Source: Atractiella rhizophila (lineage: Eukaryota). Taken from it: DNA of 64,000 nucleotides. The notes beneath the pieces were generated by a model that was not told the origin of the DNA, made no database searches, and saw only the letters and a list, made by a program, of their open reading frames with translations. The stretch is from assembly GCA_021432655.1 (NCBI GenBank), contig MU271322.1:1-64000 (forward strand). Direction: 5' to 3'. Both the position numbers and the translations under genes were made by a program. This document shows positions 46,739-59,712 of the stretch, piece after piece. Within the stretch, counting starts at the first letter, position 1. Each line of letters starts with the position of its first letter.

Positions 46739-49700
46739 TCACGTAAAGTTCTTGCTAAACCAACCAGCGACTCCTTGCTTCAGGGCTTGTTGAGCAGCCA
46801 CACGCTTCGCCTCCTTGATCATCTCCGACGCTCCTTTTCCAATGTCTTCCAAAGCTTCCTGAACATTCGCCAACCGGTTCTCACGCTCTTCGAGCGCCTC
46901 TTGAGTGTGTTCAAACGGGTTCGAGCTACCCGAAGCGGCATCCGCTGCTGGACGACGAGCGATGGTCGATGCGCGCTTAGGGGCAAGCTTGGAAGTTACC
47001 GTTGGGGGAGGATCTGGTTCTGGTCCACCCACTGGGTTTCGTGAACGTCAGCAACAAATAGTTCATAAGAAACGGCGTACAAAGTTCATCGATGGTCCTT
47101 CCGTCGCTCACCGCCGTTTCTCCATCTTTGCCAGCCCACCAATTTGACCAAGCTTCAACTTGGCTCATGAGGATGTTATTCTTTGTCGGATGAGGAGGAA
47201 TCTCAACATGTCCATCTACAAGCTTCATATTTGGTGGGAAGGAAGGTCGATTGAAGTCGAAGATGCTGTAAATCTCCATCGCTCCACCCGGCGAGGGATA
47301 TATAAAATCGCCAGTAGAAGGGGTGATATGTATCCTGTCCAAAGGGAAGGCATCGGAAGGAGTCATGATTCCGATCCGGTTATCCTCCTCAAGATGCGGG
47401 AGAGAGAAAGAAGATATGCGTCCGTTCCTCTGAACGAGGAGGAGAGCGGAATCACCAGATTGATGGATATAGGAAGATGTCACGAGTTCGCTGTCCGTAC
47501 TCTTTTTCAGTACCCGAGAGCCGTTGACTCCCGAAAAGACCTCGACCGTTCCATCTTGCGACACGGAATAAAGATAACTCTTCGCCTCCTCGTCTTTCCT
47601 AGAGGTTGCAAGTGTCGGGTCCTCCATGAACGCGAGGGCAACTTCAAGGGTCTCAGGCGTTCCTCGCAGCTCGACACAATGATGATCCATGACATATAGT
47701 GAGAGCAGAGGCGTTCGAACAGTCACGGAGGTTGTGTGATGAGTGTTGACTGTCCAAGTCGACAGGGAGTAAGAGAGTGTGAGTATCCGGACATGACCAG
47801 ATGTATAAGCGACAAGAAGACGTGGAGAGACCATTCGATCCGTCGAGAGCTCGCACACCGCCCACTGCAGCAAGATGGCCTCACCCCAATCCTTCCCCTT
47901 TCGTTCTTTCTCCCTCTCCTTCGACACATGAACCACCTCCTCAGAATCCCTCCAAATCCAATCCCCGTCCCTCAAGTCTATGATCCACAAACCCAACTCG
48001 CCGGATCCTGCCACGAATCCCATATCAGAAAGGCAGAGCTTTCCGTCCTGCTTCCCACTTCCACCACTGATGAGAGCGATCGGCTGCACTGCAGACGCAA
48101 GAGAAGGATAGTAGTTGTGTCGGAGATCAACATGCTCGATGTGGTGTGCACTCAGTAGCGCATTTGGAGCTTTGGACGGCGAAGGTTTTTGCTTATGCAG
48201 CATGGCGGAGAGGCGAGAGCTTTGGGACGGTCTAGGAGAAGAGGAATCCGCCGCCACGCTGGATGGAGCGGATGGGGACGAATCCTTTGTCGTGAGATCT
48301 GCCATAGCTTCCGTCATCGTAGTGTGTAAATGTTCTCCTTCATCCTCTTCTGCTTCAGTCGGGACGAGAGAAGATCGAACGTTTCTCCTTGGAGCGGAAG
48401 TCTGACCCAGTCTTTCCAGCGGACAACTTCGGTGAGCCCAACAATCTCTGTTACCATTTAGGAAGACGAACCGAAAGACTATAGTCTTCCCGCCTTTCAA
48501 CAGGACGGCGCAATCCCACGTCTCTTTTGCCAGCTGGACATCCACAATCCATTCTTGGTCTTTTACGAACTCCTTCAGCTCCTTCGCTTCTAAGTCGATT
48601 GTCAAGTGGTCCAAAGGTTTCGGGAAGAGCTCCTTGATGCGTCCTGAGAAGGCGGGCGCTTCCCCTTGATTGTGATTTACGCCTCTGAGTGCTCCATGCG
48701 GGTCTTGGAGAAGGTGAGGGGAGACTGTACGAACAAAGAAACACCAGCCACTCAGGTTGCAGTTCATGGGTTGAGAGGGGAGGGAGATAGAAGGTGAGTA
48801 ATCATGACAATGAGATACACACCATCGTAGAATCTGACCTTTCCATCGAGGTGCCAACCAACGATTACCTCCTTCGCACCCTCCAAAAAAGCCTTCATCC
48901 CCCTCTCCGCGCTCCTCACGCCTTCCATGGCCCGACCACCCATGATGTTCAACCTGGCCGTGGTATTCGCATCCTTCGTCATCCTCTGATATACCGTCTG
49001 CTTCGGCACATCATACACCTTACCCTCCACAAGGGCACCATCACCCAACCACTCTAAACACAATGGGACGGCCAGCCTCCTCGGCTCCTTACTCCATCCC
49101 TTCCCCACAACTTTACCAACCTCAAACTCGAATGCTCGCACGCTTCTCTCCAACTCTGCCGCTCGGGAATCAGCTACAATGATTACTATTCCTTTCGGGT
49201 TATGTGCGCCATCATAATGTGGAGAGGAGGGCGAGAGGAGCTGGTATTCGTAGGGGATGAGGTGTGGGGAAGAATTGGAGGAGGTTGGGAACAGACAGGA
49301 GGACTTAGACGGATAGATGAGGGATCTGAGCGCTTCTTGTCGCGCCAGTTTGGCGGATGCACCTGTGGGAGAGGAGGGAGGGTCAGCGTCGGGGTTGGAG
49401 CCTTTGGGATTGATAGGATCGTCTTTTGGGAACCTGAGTATGGACGAAGTTTGAGAAGGAGAAAGAAGGGAGCTGTAAAATACGGACGAGATATACCACA
49501 CTCCCTTCCGCTCCGTCCTCATCGTTCCCCCAAGAACTAACAAACAATCCGTCGTCCCTCCCCCCGCCTGTTCTCCCGCTCCAGCCGCGACCGAACCATC
49601 GGCATGACACCAAGAGAGTTTGAATACGGGTTCCCTAGCACCAACCTTCCCTTCTCCCCCTTCATCAACGGACGGATCGGGCTCATCGAACATCGAGTCG

Positions 49701-50988
49701 GGATCGACCAAGTTGACATCCTCCCCTCCTAGGGTGCGTACTGCCAGCGGTTTGTCGGGGAAATCGGTTGCCCAGAAAGCTATCGATCCGTCTGCGTATC
49801 CGGCGGCGAACATTTGGGCTGTCCCATTCGTCTATCAGTTTTGTCCCCTCTTTTCTCTTTAATTTTTTGCATGAAATTGAGGATGGGATTGGAGCGTACC
49901 GTCGTACCTCCAGCTGAGACACATCACTGCTGGCCGACGTTCGGTGAACAATTCCTCACCACCACTATTCGAGCCTCCCTTCGCTCCAGGCGGAACAATG
50001 AGTTCGTAATAGTGTATCGGGGCCTTATCCTTCAACGAATATAGCACGATCCCTCCGTCGTAGGCAATGAGTAGCCGGTTGAGGTCAACGGGTGAAACCT
50101 TGATGTCCGTAATCGGAGGTCTGTCCCTCAGTTGCATTCAGTTCAGTCTCAAGAAGTCGGATAGAGATGGAGAATGGAAGGGAATGAGAGACCAACACCC
50201 GCCGCCGCATCTTGTTCGGCCCAGTGACCGTCATTTGGCTGATGGCATCCACTCGTTGCCATAAGTTAGGAATCGAGTATTCGCTTATCGTCCCTCGTTC
50301 AACGTGGAAGGTTTCAATAGTACCGTCTTGATATCCGATGAAGATGTGCTTCAGGGATGGATTGGGAGTTATCATCCTGTCCAACTTCATGAGTTAATTG
50401 GCCGTTTATTGTATTCGGTTAGTATGATCATACAGCCTTGTGAAAGTGAACGCCTCACGTGCTCAGATAAGATGTTAGGATGTGACATGAGATTTAAAAT
50501 AATAATAAGATAATATTGAGAGGGGCATGCTGAAGAAGATAGCGAGATAAAGAGGAAGAGACGCACGTACACCTCCCCCTAAGACTCCTCGTCCAAGCTC
50601 TCTTTGGCCTCTCACCACCATCCATCTCCTCCAAATTCCACCCCCAGAGCGTCTCCTTCTCATCCAACACGAACACAAATCTGCCGACGATCCAACTTCC
50701 CCTGATTGCGGTCTTGGCTCCCCTGGCTGTGGCGCCGGGTATTGGGAAGGTAGCTACGATTGGGCCGTTGGTGGATAGGATCTGTACGAGCGGGGCGGAG
50801 GGAGTCGTGTAGGTGATGCATAGGAGATCTGGTGGAGAGGCGTAGGCGAGCGAGGTAGGCTGGGCGCGGAGCGGTAAGAGAGGGTAGATTGGGTTGGTGC
50901 GGTAGGAGGAAGGGGAGGTGAGGTGGGAAGACGAAGAGGGAAGAGAGTCAAAATCGTTTTGAGGCTTTTTATTGCCAAAGATGTTCAT
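46739..50988 (-). CDS. SRO7: Lethal giant larvae/tomosyn family WD40 protein (Sro7/Sro77-like); multi-exon
   Basis: HIFIGYQDGTIETF, PVDLNRLLIAYDGG, YELIVPPGAKGG, LSWRYDG, FAAGYADGSIAFW, REPVFKLSW, WHLDGKVRFYD, LSDMGFVA; C-terminal R-SNARE-like helix QEALEERENRLANVQEALEDI. Confidence 0.88.
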
Positions 50989-51859
50989 CTCGTTTTATTG
51001 ATCTAATATTGTATTTTATGCGTAGGTTACGTTCATTTTGCAAGCGCATTGTTGAACCCTGTTGAACCTGATCATTTGAAATAAATTTTCAAATTCATCC
51101 AATTTTGCTTGCCTCAACGGATATAATATCGGAGATGAAAAGGTGGATTGTAACAAAAGGGCAGCCAGGAGATCACTTGTTAGAGGAGAAAGTATTTGCT
51201 GGGTGCGTCATTTCCATCAGCTAGCATTAGAATTTCAAATCATTGTGATGTGCATTCATTCCAAAAGATGTTCATAACATGCAAAACTTTGTGCTATGCG
51301 CACGAGTACAACCTGGCGGTCAATGCGATGGCAGATACCCCAATATGAAACCCTATTATCGAAGGATTGAGCTCTAATAGATTCAAAACCAAAAGGAAAA
51401 TACCCTCGCTGTGACAATTACTTTGCGTAACTTTATCGTGAAGATTTGTCAACTTCTGGAAGCCGAAAGTGAGGCAATTGAGAGGAACTGGTCTTTGTTG
51501 GTGCGATTCTCTGTTTCATCTTGTGGTCTCTCAGTCTGCGTTTGGCTATTGTCGTTGAGAGTTGTGGAGTACGGATTTTGCATGCTGTGTTTCTCACAAT
51601 TTCTTAGCACAATATTCATAAATTCTCGCTGTAGAAATCAAATTCTGCCAATACATGGGCCGGCTCTGCCAACCAATGTCTAAATACTGTCACGGTTATT
51701 CTGTACTACCCGATGAGATCCAGTCTTGTGCTACATAAATAATCAGCGATGAGATGTCTGCACTATCGAAAAGCCCGTTCATCGAAGCGCCTAATTATCC
51801 TAAATCCTGTATTATTTCTCTTCACCAACCTGGGAAATGGAGTGGGAGAGGAGAAGAGC

Positions 51860-53386
51860 TCACACCTCGTCGTCCTCTTCCCTCTCCCCCTCCGCATCCA
51901 ATACTTCCCCACGGAAAGCATGGCCATAACCATAAGCATCCCAAATGCTCTGTCCACCGGCCCCTCTCCAGTTGGGTTGTGGAGGAGGAAGGATAAAGAG
52001 AGGACGAACCGCTGGTGTTGGCACTGGTGCTGGAAGTTGTGGTGGTGTTGGTGGTCGTGGTGGTACAAGTGGAGGAAGGTGTATGGGATATGAGGACGAC
52101 CATCGCTCTGCCGGCGTGACTGCTGGAGCGGATGAGTAATGTCTGGTGCCTGTTGTTCCCCCTGAAAGTGACGGGTACTGTCTGTGTCCCGTGCTTGAGG
52201 GGGCAGAAGCCGAATGCTGTTCTTGAGGTTCGCTCATCAAGCCCCTAACGCCCTGGGAGGTGTATGACCATTGGTGACCACCTGTTGAGCTCGAAGGTGG
52301 GATGAGTGGATAGCGCTGCGATGGAAGCGACTGCGAAGTTGAACTGGTGAAACGAGTGGTAGAGGCGAAGGGGAGGCTATGTCGCAAATGCGATGATTGA
52401 GCCATTGCTATTGAAGCAGAAGAGGGAGCGTAAGGCGCGGAGCTGAAAGCTTGTGCAGTTATTGCAGTCGAAGCGGATCGAGGGGGGAGACGAAGAGATG
52501 AACCGCTCGGAAGAGTTGTTTGTTGCGTGGCCGTCCTAGATGGGACCTGTGGGACCCTGATAGACTGGGAGCTTGAAGAACGGGGTATCTGAGAAACAGA
52601 TGCTGTCGAAGAAGAGAAAGGTAACCGGAGGGAGGAAGGACGAGGAAGAGGGGTAGAGTAAGGCGAGTACCTCGGTCGGGGTGGTCCCGCTGAGGCAGAA
52701 GGAGAGTTTGAATCTTGTCGCCGACGCTCATGGGCTGATGTAGATGGAGGAGGAGCGCGCGATTGGGACAGAGGACCAGTTTGCGCTGGATTGGAGAAAG
52801 GGAGCGATCGTCCCGTGTCTCTGACGGAGAAATAGTGGTCAGGCACAACGAGATCCCTCAGAATAGGATCCTGTTGAACCGTCTGGGCACTCCACCTGTT
52901 CTCTTCCGACATGTAGGCAACGAGATGAAACGTCTCTCCCTGCCCGTCCCTCCTTCCCCCTTGCGCCAGACAAGACATTGTGAACTTGATCAACTGTTTC
53001 TCCGCTGGTTCCGTACTGAGCACTTCGTTGTACACGTAGAAAGCGCGGTCTCGCGTCCTTGCTGTTCCCCTGAACTACATGTTTAGAACGAAAATAAGCA
53101 GAGGAGGAGCGTACCAATGCCCAGCGTCATACCACCGCTGCATTCCGCTAGTCGTTTCGTTGAAAACGATCACACTGCCCGAATAGACCAATCGGAATAG
53201 CTGATCTGGATCTGGACGCAGCACAACTTGAGGAAGGAGGCCAATATCGGCTGCATAGATGATTACGAGAGCTTCTTCCAAGCTGTGTATGGCCCTTTTG
53301 ATTTGTTATCAGTATTTCTCCCAAGTCTTGGTCATTTATTCAGAAACGTACCCAACCCATGTTGGATCAGGATATTCCGCATCCAT
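51860..53386 (-). CDS. Gti1/Pac2 (WOPR) family transcription factor, divergent; 2 introns
   Basis: Spliced MDAEYPDPTWVG|AIHSLEEALVIIYAADIGLLPQVVLRP...SGSVIVFNETTSGMQRWYDAGHW...LIKFTMS...FHLVAY, then a Ser/Pro-rich tail. Confidence 0.8.
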
Positions 53387-54098
53387 CCTCCTCCCGAAAG
53401 TTGTAAAAAGAGATAACCACCTCCATCGACGCCAGTCGCTCGAAGATATATGCCGCGATATACATAGAATTCAGGTGTGGTTGCCTCGCAAAAGCGAACT
53501 CGAAAGAGAGAGCGAGGGAAAGTTGGTTGCACCTCCCGGAAATACAAGAGGGAGCCTGGAGTGCGATCTTCGAGCTTTGCATCATTTCCAACGCCCTTGA
53601 ACCTCCTGAGACGGCTGCTTGGTTCAGTCTGGCTCAATCACAATTTGCTCCCTGCGTCTCCAATTGATTACAAAATAAAGTTCGAAGACGGTGACGGACG
53701 TGCGCCCACGTTACCCTCCTCGAAGTTGAGATTCCCCTACAAATACCAACAGCGTGACCACCCCCTGAACCCAAAAGCTTTAGAATTGATGTCTTTGCGA
53801 GGAACCGGTTGGAGTAAGATCTACGCTTTGATACTTGCTGTAGAGATTATGCACGCACAACTCATCCACCGAAGTTTTCCTCATTCAGATTCCAGAACCA
53901 ATGCCAAATGAAATTTTAACGAGGGAAAGGAAGATTTTCCTGGCGATTACGTGCATTAGCATTTGCATACTGCTGTTAGCCCCTATATCCAAGCTTTTAT
54001 TGTTATTTGTCATGTTGCGATGTCTTTCCTTTCGTAAAACACCTGTCTTGATCGAGGTAAAGTTTATAATCATGATCAAGTCCATCACGTTCAAGTTG

Positions 54099-55407
54099 CT
54101 AAGTTTCACGCTGACGTTCTTGCACTACAAGATCACGGAGCCCTTTTGCCCATTCACAATATGCATCAATGCACTCTTTCATATCGACTCTCCATTTCAA
54201 TAACCAAATAAATAGTTGCCTAGCCGTCCTTCCGGCGTCGAGGACTACGAGGTATTGAGAATTTGACTTACTTATTTCCTAATTCAATTTCAGTTCGTGG
54301 GTCGATTGTTGTGACAAGAACAAACCTCTCTGAAGATCCTGCGCCAATGAGCTGCCTGTTGTTTCTCTGATTCCCATCCGTGCACCCTCATGGAGAGTTC
54401 ATTGACGCTGTAGTAACCTTCGTAAAGGATCCATTCTGGTTCTGAGACCGCAAGGAAGGACGGGACAACAGCATGGAACTCCCAGTCGATTATGCTCTCA
54501 ATGTCACCCGTCAGAGGGTCACAGAGAGTGTTGAGGGTTGTGTTATCAAGATGTAGGAGCATTGGTTCGAAGAGAAGCGCCGCATGTGCATGCGAACGAA
54601 GTTGTGCCAGGAGCTGATGAGCGAGATCGCGCTGAGCCTTATATACGCTGGTATTCTCCTGAAAAGGATTGCGATTCTCCCAATATGTGATAAGCTCCTC
54701 AAAGAGTTCTTCAGCTTCAAAAATTCTTTTGGTCAAAGTTATTCCCGGAGCGATGAAGCCCATCGATTGAAGATCGCTGCCGACACAGCCAATCCCTTCG
54801 AATGTGGCAAACATGGTCCTCGTCCGAAATAGTTCTGCCTGAACAAAAGCCGTCTGCAGAAGCATTCTCTCTCTCTTCTCATCGCTCGTCTCAGATGATA
54901 TCCAAACTGCCGCAGTTCCCTTGAGACGATCCATGAGCATCCATTTTCGTTCGTCCGCCAAGTTGAATTTATGGATCCTAGGACATGGGATGGATGGAGC
55001 TGAATGTAAAAGCTGCAGAAGGGACACCTCAGATGCGAAACGATCGGGTACCTCGTCTTGCGAGAAGCAATTCTTCTTTCGGATGCGGATAACCAACTGT
55101 TTACCCTCGTTTTCAGCCTCATCGTAGTCTGACGGGGCAACTTGAAGGATCTACATGATAGGCGAATGTGGGAGATCAGCTGAATAGTCAACGGTATTGC
55201 AGGGCTTACGTCATGGAATCCTCCATCAGCTATCTTCAAAATCTCGACTTTCTCGGTCTGTAGAAGCAACCCAGCATGAGCAATGGCATTTCTCAGTGAT
55301 TTGTCCATGTCTTCAACTGGAACCCGTTCTGGATGATCGAGATGTCCAGAGAAGTATGAAGGAAGTTCTTCCTTCGTACCGTCGTGAAGATACACCATGA
55401 GAGGCAT
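54099..55407 (-). CDS. APH/choline-kinase-like phosphotransferase family protein; 2 introns
   Basis: ADGGFHD, LVIRI, FASEVSLL, IPCPRIH, LMDRLKG, LLHLDNTTLNTL (HxDxxxxN), IIDWEF. Manually added last exon EISKSNSQYL...QRET* ends at 54099. Confidence 0.82.
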
Positions 55408-55947
55408 TCTCTCCGACCAGGTGCAATGTGACAGACTGATGTGAAGAGATAGCGAAGGAGAACAAATGGATGAGTGTTAATAAATATGCGTCACGGCTGC
55501 CGCGTAGTCGAGGAGGCTCATGTGCTCATGTGTTTGAAAAATTCATCCTTGCCAGAGGATCGACTGTCAGTTATCCATGAAGATGAAGCAGGTCGAAGCA
55601 GCCTAGGGGGCACAACTCTTTCTCGGTTCGAACTTCGGCAAGAGTACTTTCAAGTACACGTCAGATACCAACGACGCTCACTCGATCTCACACAATGACG
55701 ATTAACACTTGATCTGGGTGGCTGATCTACGAACATTTGATTATATCATGGAATGATGATTTCCTCACTCAACTGCGCCATTTCTGGTCCATTGTCACGT
55801 GATCCCACCGCCTCAAATTGCAGACAGCGTTGCAGAACGTGGGCTGAACCCACATGTCGATCTCGGGAGCAGCCTTGAAAAGCTCTGTCTACCTGCCCAT
55901 ATCCTTGCCAGTGTTCATCCTCAGCAGTACTCTCGTCAGCTATCGTT

Positions 55948-56982
55948 ATGTCGAGTATTGATACCAACATCGATGTTCTCTCGAAAGATGAGTTCGATGA
56001 AGAACCACAACGCCCATCACGAACGTTGTCCCTCTGCTTTCAGAAGAATTGTCCCTTGAACTCTGTCATCGTCGACTCCATCACTGGCGCACCCAAGTTC
56101 CAAATCTCGACCCCGCGTCCATCCTTTCACGTCTTGCACAGAACCATCAGCACCTTCTGGGCATTCCCTGATTCTGCCAAGCCCTCTCCTCCCAGCGATA
56201 CAGAGAAGAAGTCGGGGCTCGACGAGTTCAGGCTGAACCAAGACGCGCTCATCGTCGATGTTGACGGGCGAGACGATAAATCTGTGGCACCTGTACCTGA
56301 ACCGGATCCAGCGACTGGAGCGGTATTGGTCGCTGAGATTGAATGGCACAACAACAAGCCATCAGTCCTACGTTTCGTGGATAGAGACTGCAAGTTCTCA
56401 AGAGAGCGCGAGGTTGCGCTCAAGAAGTTCCTTGTTGAGGCTACAAAGATGTCAACGTAAGTTCTTTATTGCCATATCATGATAATCAAGTAATCGACAA
56501 CGGGCGACTAGATCACGGTTCCTCAAGTCGGAAGATGGTCCTCCTCTCGAATGGAAGGAAATTTCCTATGGTGGACTCTCGGTTCGTCCTATCTTCTCTC
56601 AATCCTTCCTTCTCTTACTTACAGTACACGTCCTGCACAGCTCCACCTGCCATCGCCCCGTAGAACAGGTCGATCCTTCGTCATCCGTCCACCAGCTAAG
56701 TATCGTTCAATTGAAGCGGGAAAGAGGAAGAAGAAGCCTGAAAAGTACGATGAATCACACACCATGATCGTCAAGCATTTCCCGAAGAACAACGGATGGT
56801 TCAAGAAGTGTGCGAAGAGGGATATGGGCATCGACATCTACCTCGATAAGGCAGACGCGGTAGATTTGAGTCCTGAAGAAATCGTTTTGAGTTTTTGTGT
56901 CATGGAGCATTGGAGGAGGAGACGAGAGACGGCTATCCTTGCTCTTGAACTTGCTATCGAAGCTGCCACTTGCGCCTTCTGA
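55948..56982 (+). CDS. Uncharacterised fungal protein, DUF6593-like; multi-exon
   Basis: PLNSVIVDSITGAPKFQISTP, VAEIEWH, SRKMVLLSNGRKFLWW, EEIVLSFCVMEHWRRRR. Confidence 0.65.
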
Positions 56983-57645
56983 TCTGATATTAACCTGTTC
57001 TTTCCAAGCAGCGTGGTATTGTACCTTTAAAGAAGAATTGAAGAAAACTGTACATAGTATTTAGTGCTAACAATGTCCATACTAGTTTGCCTTTCTACCA
57101 TGCTCTGAATTCCACAATTCCACAGAGCATTCAAGCAGATCTCAGCTTCCACGACTGACAAGTGGCGGGTTATCAAATATTGAGATATTGACACCACATA
57201 CAGAAAAAAACAAATATCAATTGCAACGTGTCTTATCGCAAACGAAATCAAAGAAAAACATAGTACTTGCATTGAGGCAAAATTATAGTCTTTTGGAAAC
57301 TACATGGGGTAAGCTTGGTAATTCTGCTCTACTGGGTTCGGTTGGGAGGGAAAGAGAAGAAATATCAACAACGTCGGGTTGTAGAAGCGACAGACGAGGA
57401 AATAAAAACAGCTCAGGCGAGTAAATTGTAAATGATCAACGGCAATCATGTGTTTGCATACAGAAACTCTTCCTCTTCAAAGACCTTCCCTATTTTGATA
57501 CTCTATACATTAGTTCCTCATTTCCTCTCCTTTTTCATATTCGAGGACCATCTGATGTTCATCAGTCACAGACAAGAAACAAATCAAAGAATCAAATCAA
57601 AGAAAGCAAATCGACTTCACACATTTTCAGATCTCACCATGTCAA

Positions 57646-58975
57646 CTACCTCCTCGCCGCTCGTGACGGGTATTGAATTCCTCTCCCACGCCCCATATCC
57701 CTCGCGATCGCCACTCCTCTCGGACCTTGTCCCACGGAGACCCAGCTTGCTTCCCGAATTGATCCCACGCTATCCAAACTGGTGTTGGCCGTCGTCAGGG
57801 CTGTCATAGGCGTCTTTCCTCCAGCGTTAAAGGCGGCTGCTCTGATAAAACCACCGTTCCGAAGGGTCATTTCTTCCTCGAACCCCTTGTTGGCATTCAT
57901 TTTAGCCCATTGAGCTCTCTCCCCCATATCCTCATCTGGATCTGGAAGGGGACGACGGGGATTGTACGTCGGTGCGAAAGGAGAAGGAGGGAGTGGCTTC
58001 GAGTGCTTGTCCAACGATCCCCTTGGATTATCGAGGAATGCGCGGACATTGGCATCTTGTTTTCTGAACGTTTGCGGCTCAGTATCTGCGTTCATTGGCG
58101 CCGGGGCAGCTGAAGGCCAAGCAGAAGATGACGGAGGGATGTACGTCTGACTACCGTTGGCGCTGGCGTGTGTGAGATTGCTTCGATTGGTGTCGTGGGA
58201 GTTGTTTGAGTGATTCGATCGCAGACTCCCGACCGATCGTTTTGGGTATCCGATCGAGGGACGGAGAGATCGTTGACCCATCTCTTCATCCGATGTTCGT
58301 TCGGGATGTGGCAGGACATCAGAGAGGCGTACTGTGTGTATAGAAGCGAGGGGAGTTCGGTATCGGGAGAAAGAAGATAGTAGGATGGAGAGCGAAACGG
58401 TGAGGAGCATGAAGACGATAAAACCTAAGCCGCAAAGCGTACGAAGGATGTCGGCATTTGACGGAGATGCTAGAGAAGCTGCTCCTCCTGTTCTCGCCCG
58501 AGTTGTCGTCAGGACACGCCATTTCAAACCTGTAAAGAATGAATTGATGGGTACCCACCCAAGAAAAGTGCCCAAATAATGAATTCCAGCACGATAGAGA
58601 AGAGGAGAGAGTCAAAGATGTGCGGCAGGACGTAAGGGAATAAGGTGCTGAGCAGAAGGCTGAGCATTCATATTCAGCAATTGTGAACAGGAAGAGGACA
58701 GGGAACGCACTGTATTGGAAACCACAACACTGCCAGCAGAGAGGGAACGATGAGTTCCACAGCTGCAGAGCTATGAACCACTTTCTTTACTATTCCAACA
58801 TACTCATCCTCACCTGTGCGACAAAGAGATGCAGCAACTCACCCGCACCATCTCCCACTTTCACCCGTCCCGCCGTCACAACGGCTGAAATAATGAGCTC
58901 AATTACAGAGAAGAGGATACAAGCTCCCAAAATGAAGAATCGCACGCGACTCAGAGGAAAAGACTTTAGCTGCAT
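57646..58975 (-). CDS. Uncharacterised membrane protein (about 4 N-terminal TM helices, disordered C-tail); multi-exon
   Basis: Hydrophobic ORFs 58790..58975 and 57646..58575 linked by GT-AG introns. Confidence 0.65.
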
Positions 58976-59712
58976 GAAGGAAGATTATCGTTGGTGAAAT
59001 TGCAAGTAGATAGGAAACCAGCAGAAGCCCAGCTTTTGGATTGTCGGCGCGTTGTTCTGAATGATTTGAAAGTCGTGAACGATTGGGGGAAAGAAAGTCG
59101 TGTCGAGTCGTTGACGGGGAGCTACCAAGCTGGCAGCCAGAGGTAAAGTGGGCTCGAGCGTTGATGGTCCGACCAGGCCACTTTATGTTGTCGATCCTGT
59201 TTGACCTTGTGAATTGCCAATTTACACGTCGAGAAGCGTCGTGATTGATCAGGCACACTCGATGGGGGCGTCAAGGAGTTACAGCAAGAGGTTGCTATGG
59301 AAATTGCCTGCAAGAAGCACGATGTTAGCTTCAGCCGTCCTTGTCCTTTGCTGCCATTGCCGAATCCAGCATCACCCCCGATCGCAGCCTTGAGGGACTC
59401 ACGAAGGACTCACCAAACAATATCTGTGGAGCAATACAGTAATCGTCCTTCTCACGTCCAAACACGTCCAAAACTTGACGAATCAGCAACAACACTCCGA
59501 AGTTTAAATCAGATAGCTCATTTCTTCGTGCGAACTTCACATCATCCAACATCTCAACAAAAACTGAACTCATCTCTTCCACCACTATAACATGCAGATT
59601 ATAAATGAAGTAAACATTGAACGAATGTAATGGTATTGGTGTTGAAACCATTCCGTGGAATGAAGGCAGAAACAGATCCCGTCCATTGAGTGACTCTCAG
59701 TGTGGATGGCTT

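Noticed and set aside
46361..47044. 227-aa hydrophobic plus-strand ORF
   Set aside because: Spans T-rich 3'UTRs and the antisense of the SRO7 last exon; compositional artefact.
1604..50988. Trafficking gene cluster (BET1-like, MRH receptor, DOP1, PIP kinase, SRO7)
   Set aside because: Spread over 50 kb with many unrelated genes between; no evidence beyond a common functional category.
51050..51095. TPP-riboswitch-like string (CCCTGTTGAACCTGATC) and an AT-rich hairpin upstream of SRO7
   Set aside because: No upstream CTGAGA element or correct P4/P5 continuation, opposite orientation to SRO7, and no thiamine gene nearby.
53901..54203. 100-aa hydrophobic plus-strand ORF
   Set aside because: Antisense to the last exon and 3'UTR of the APH-like gene.
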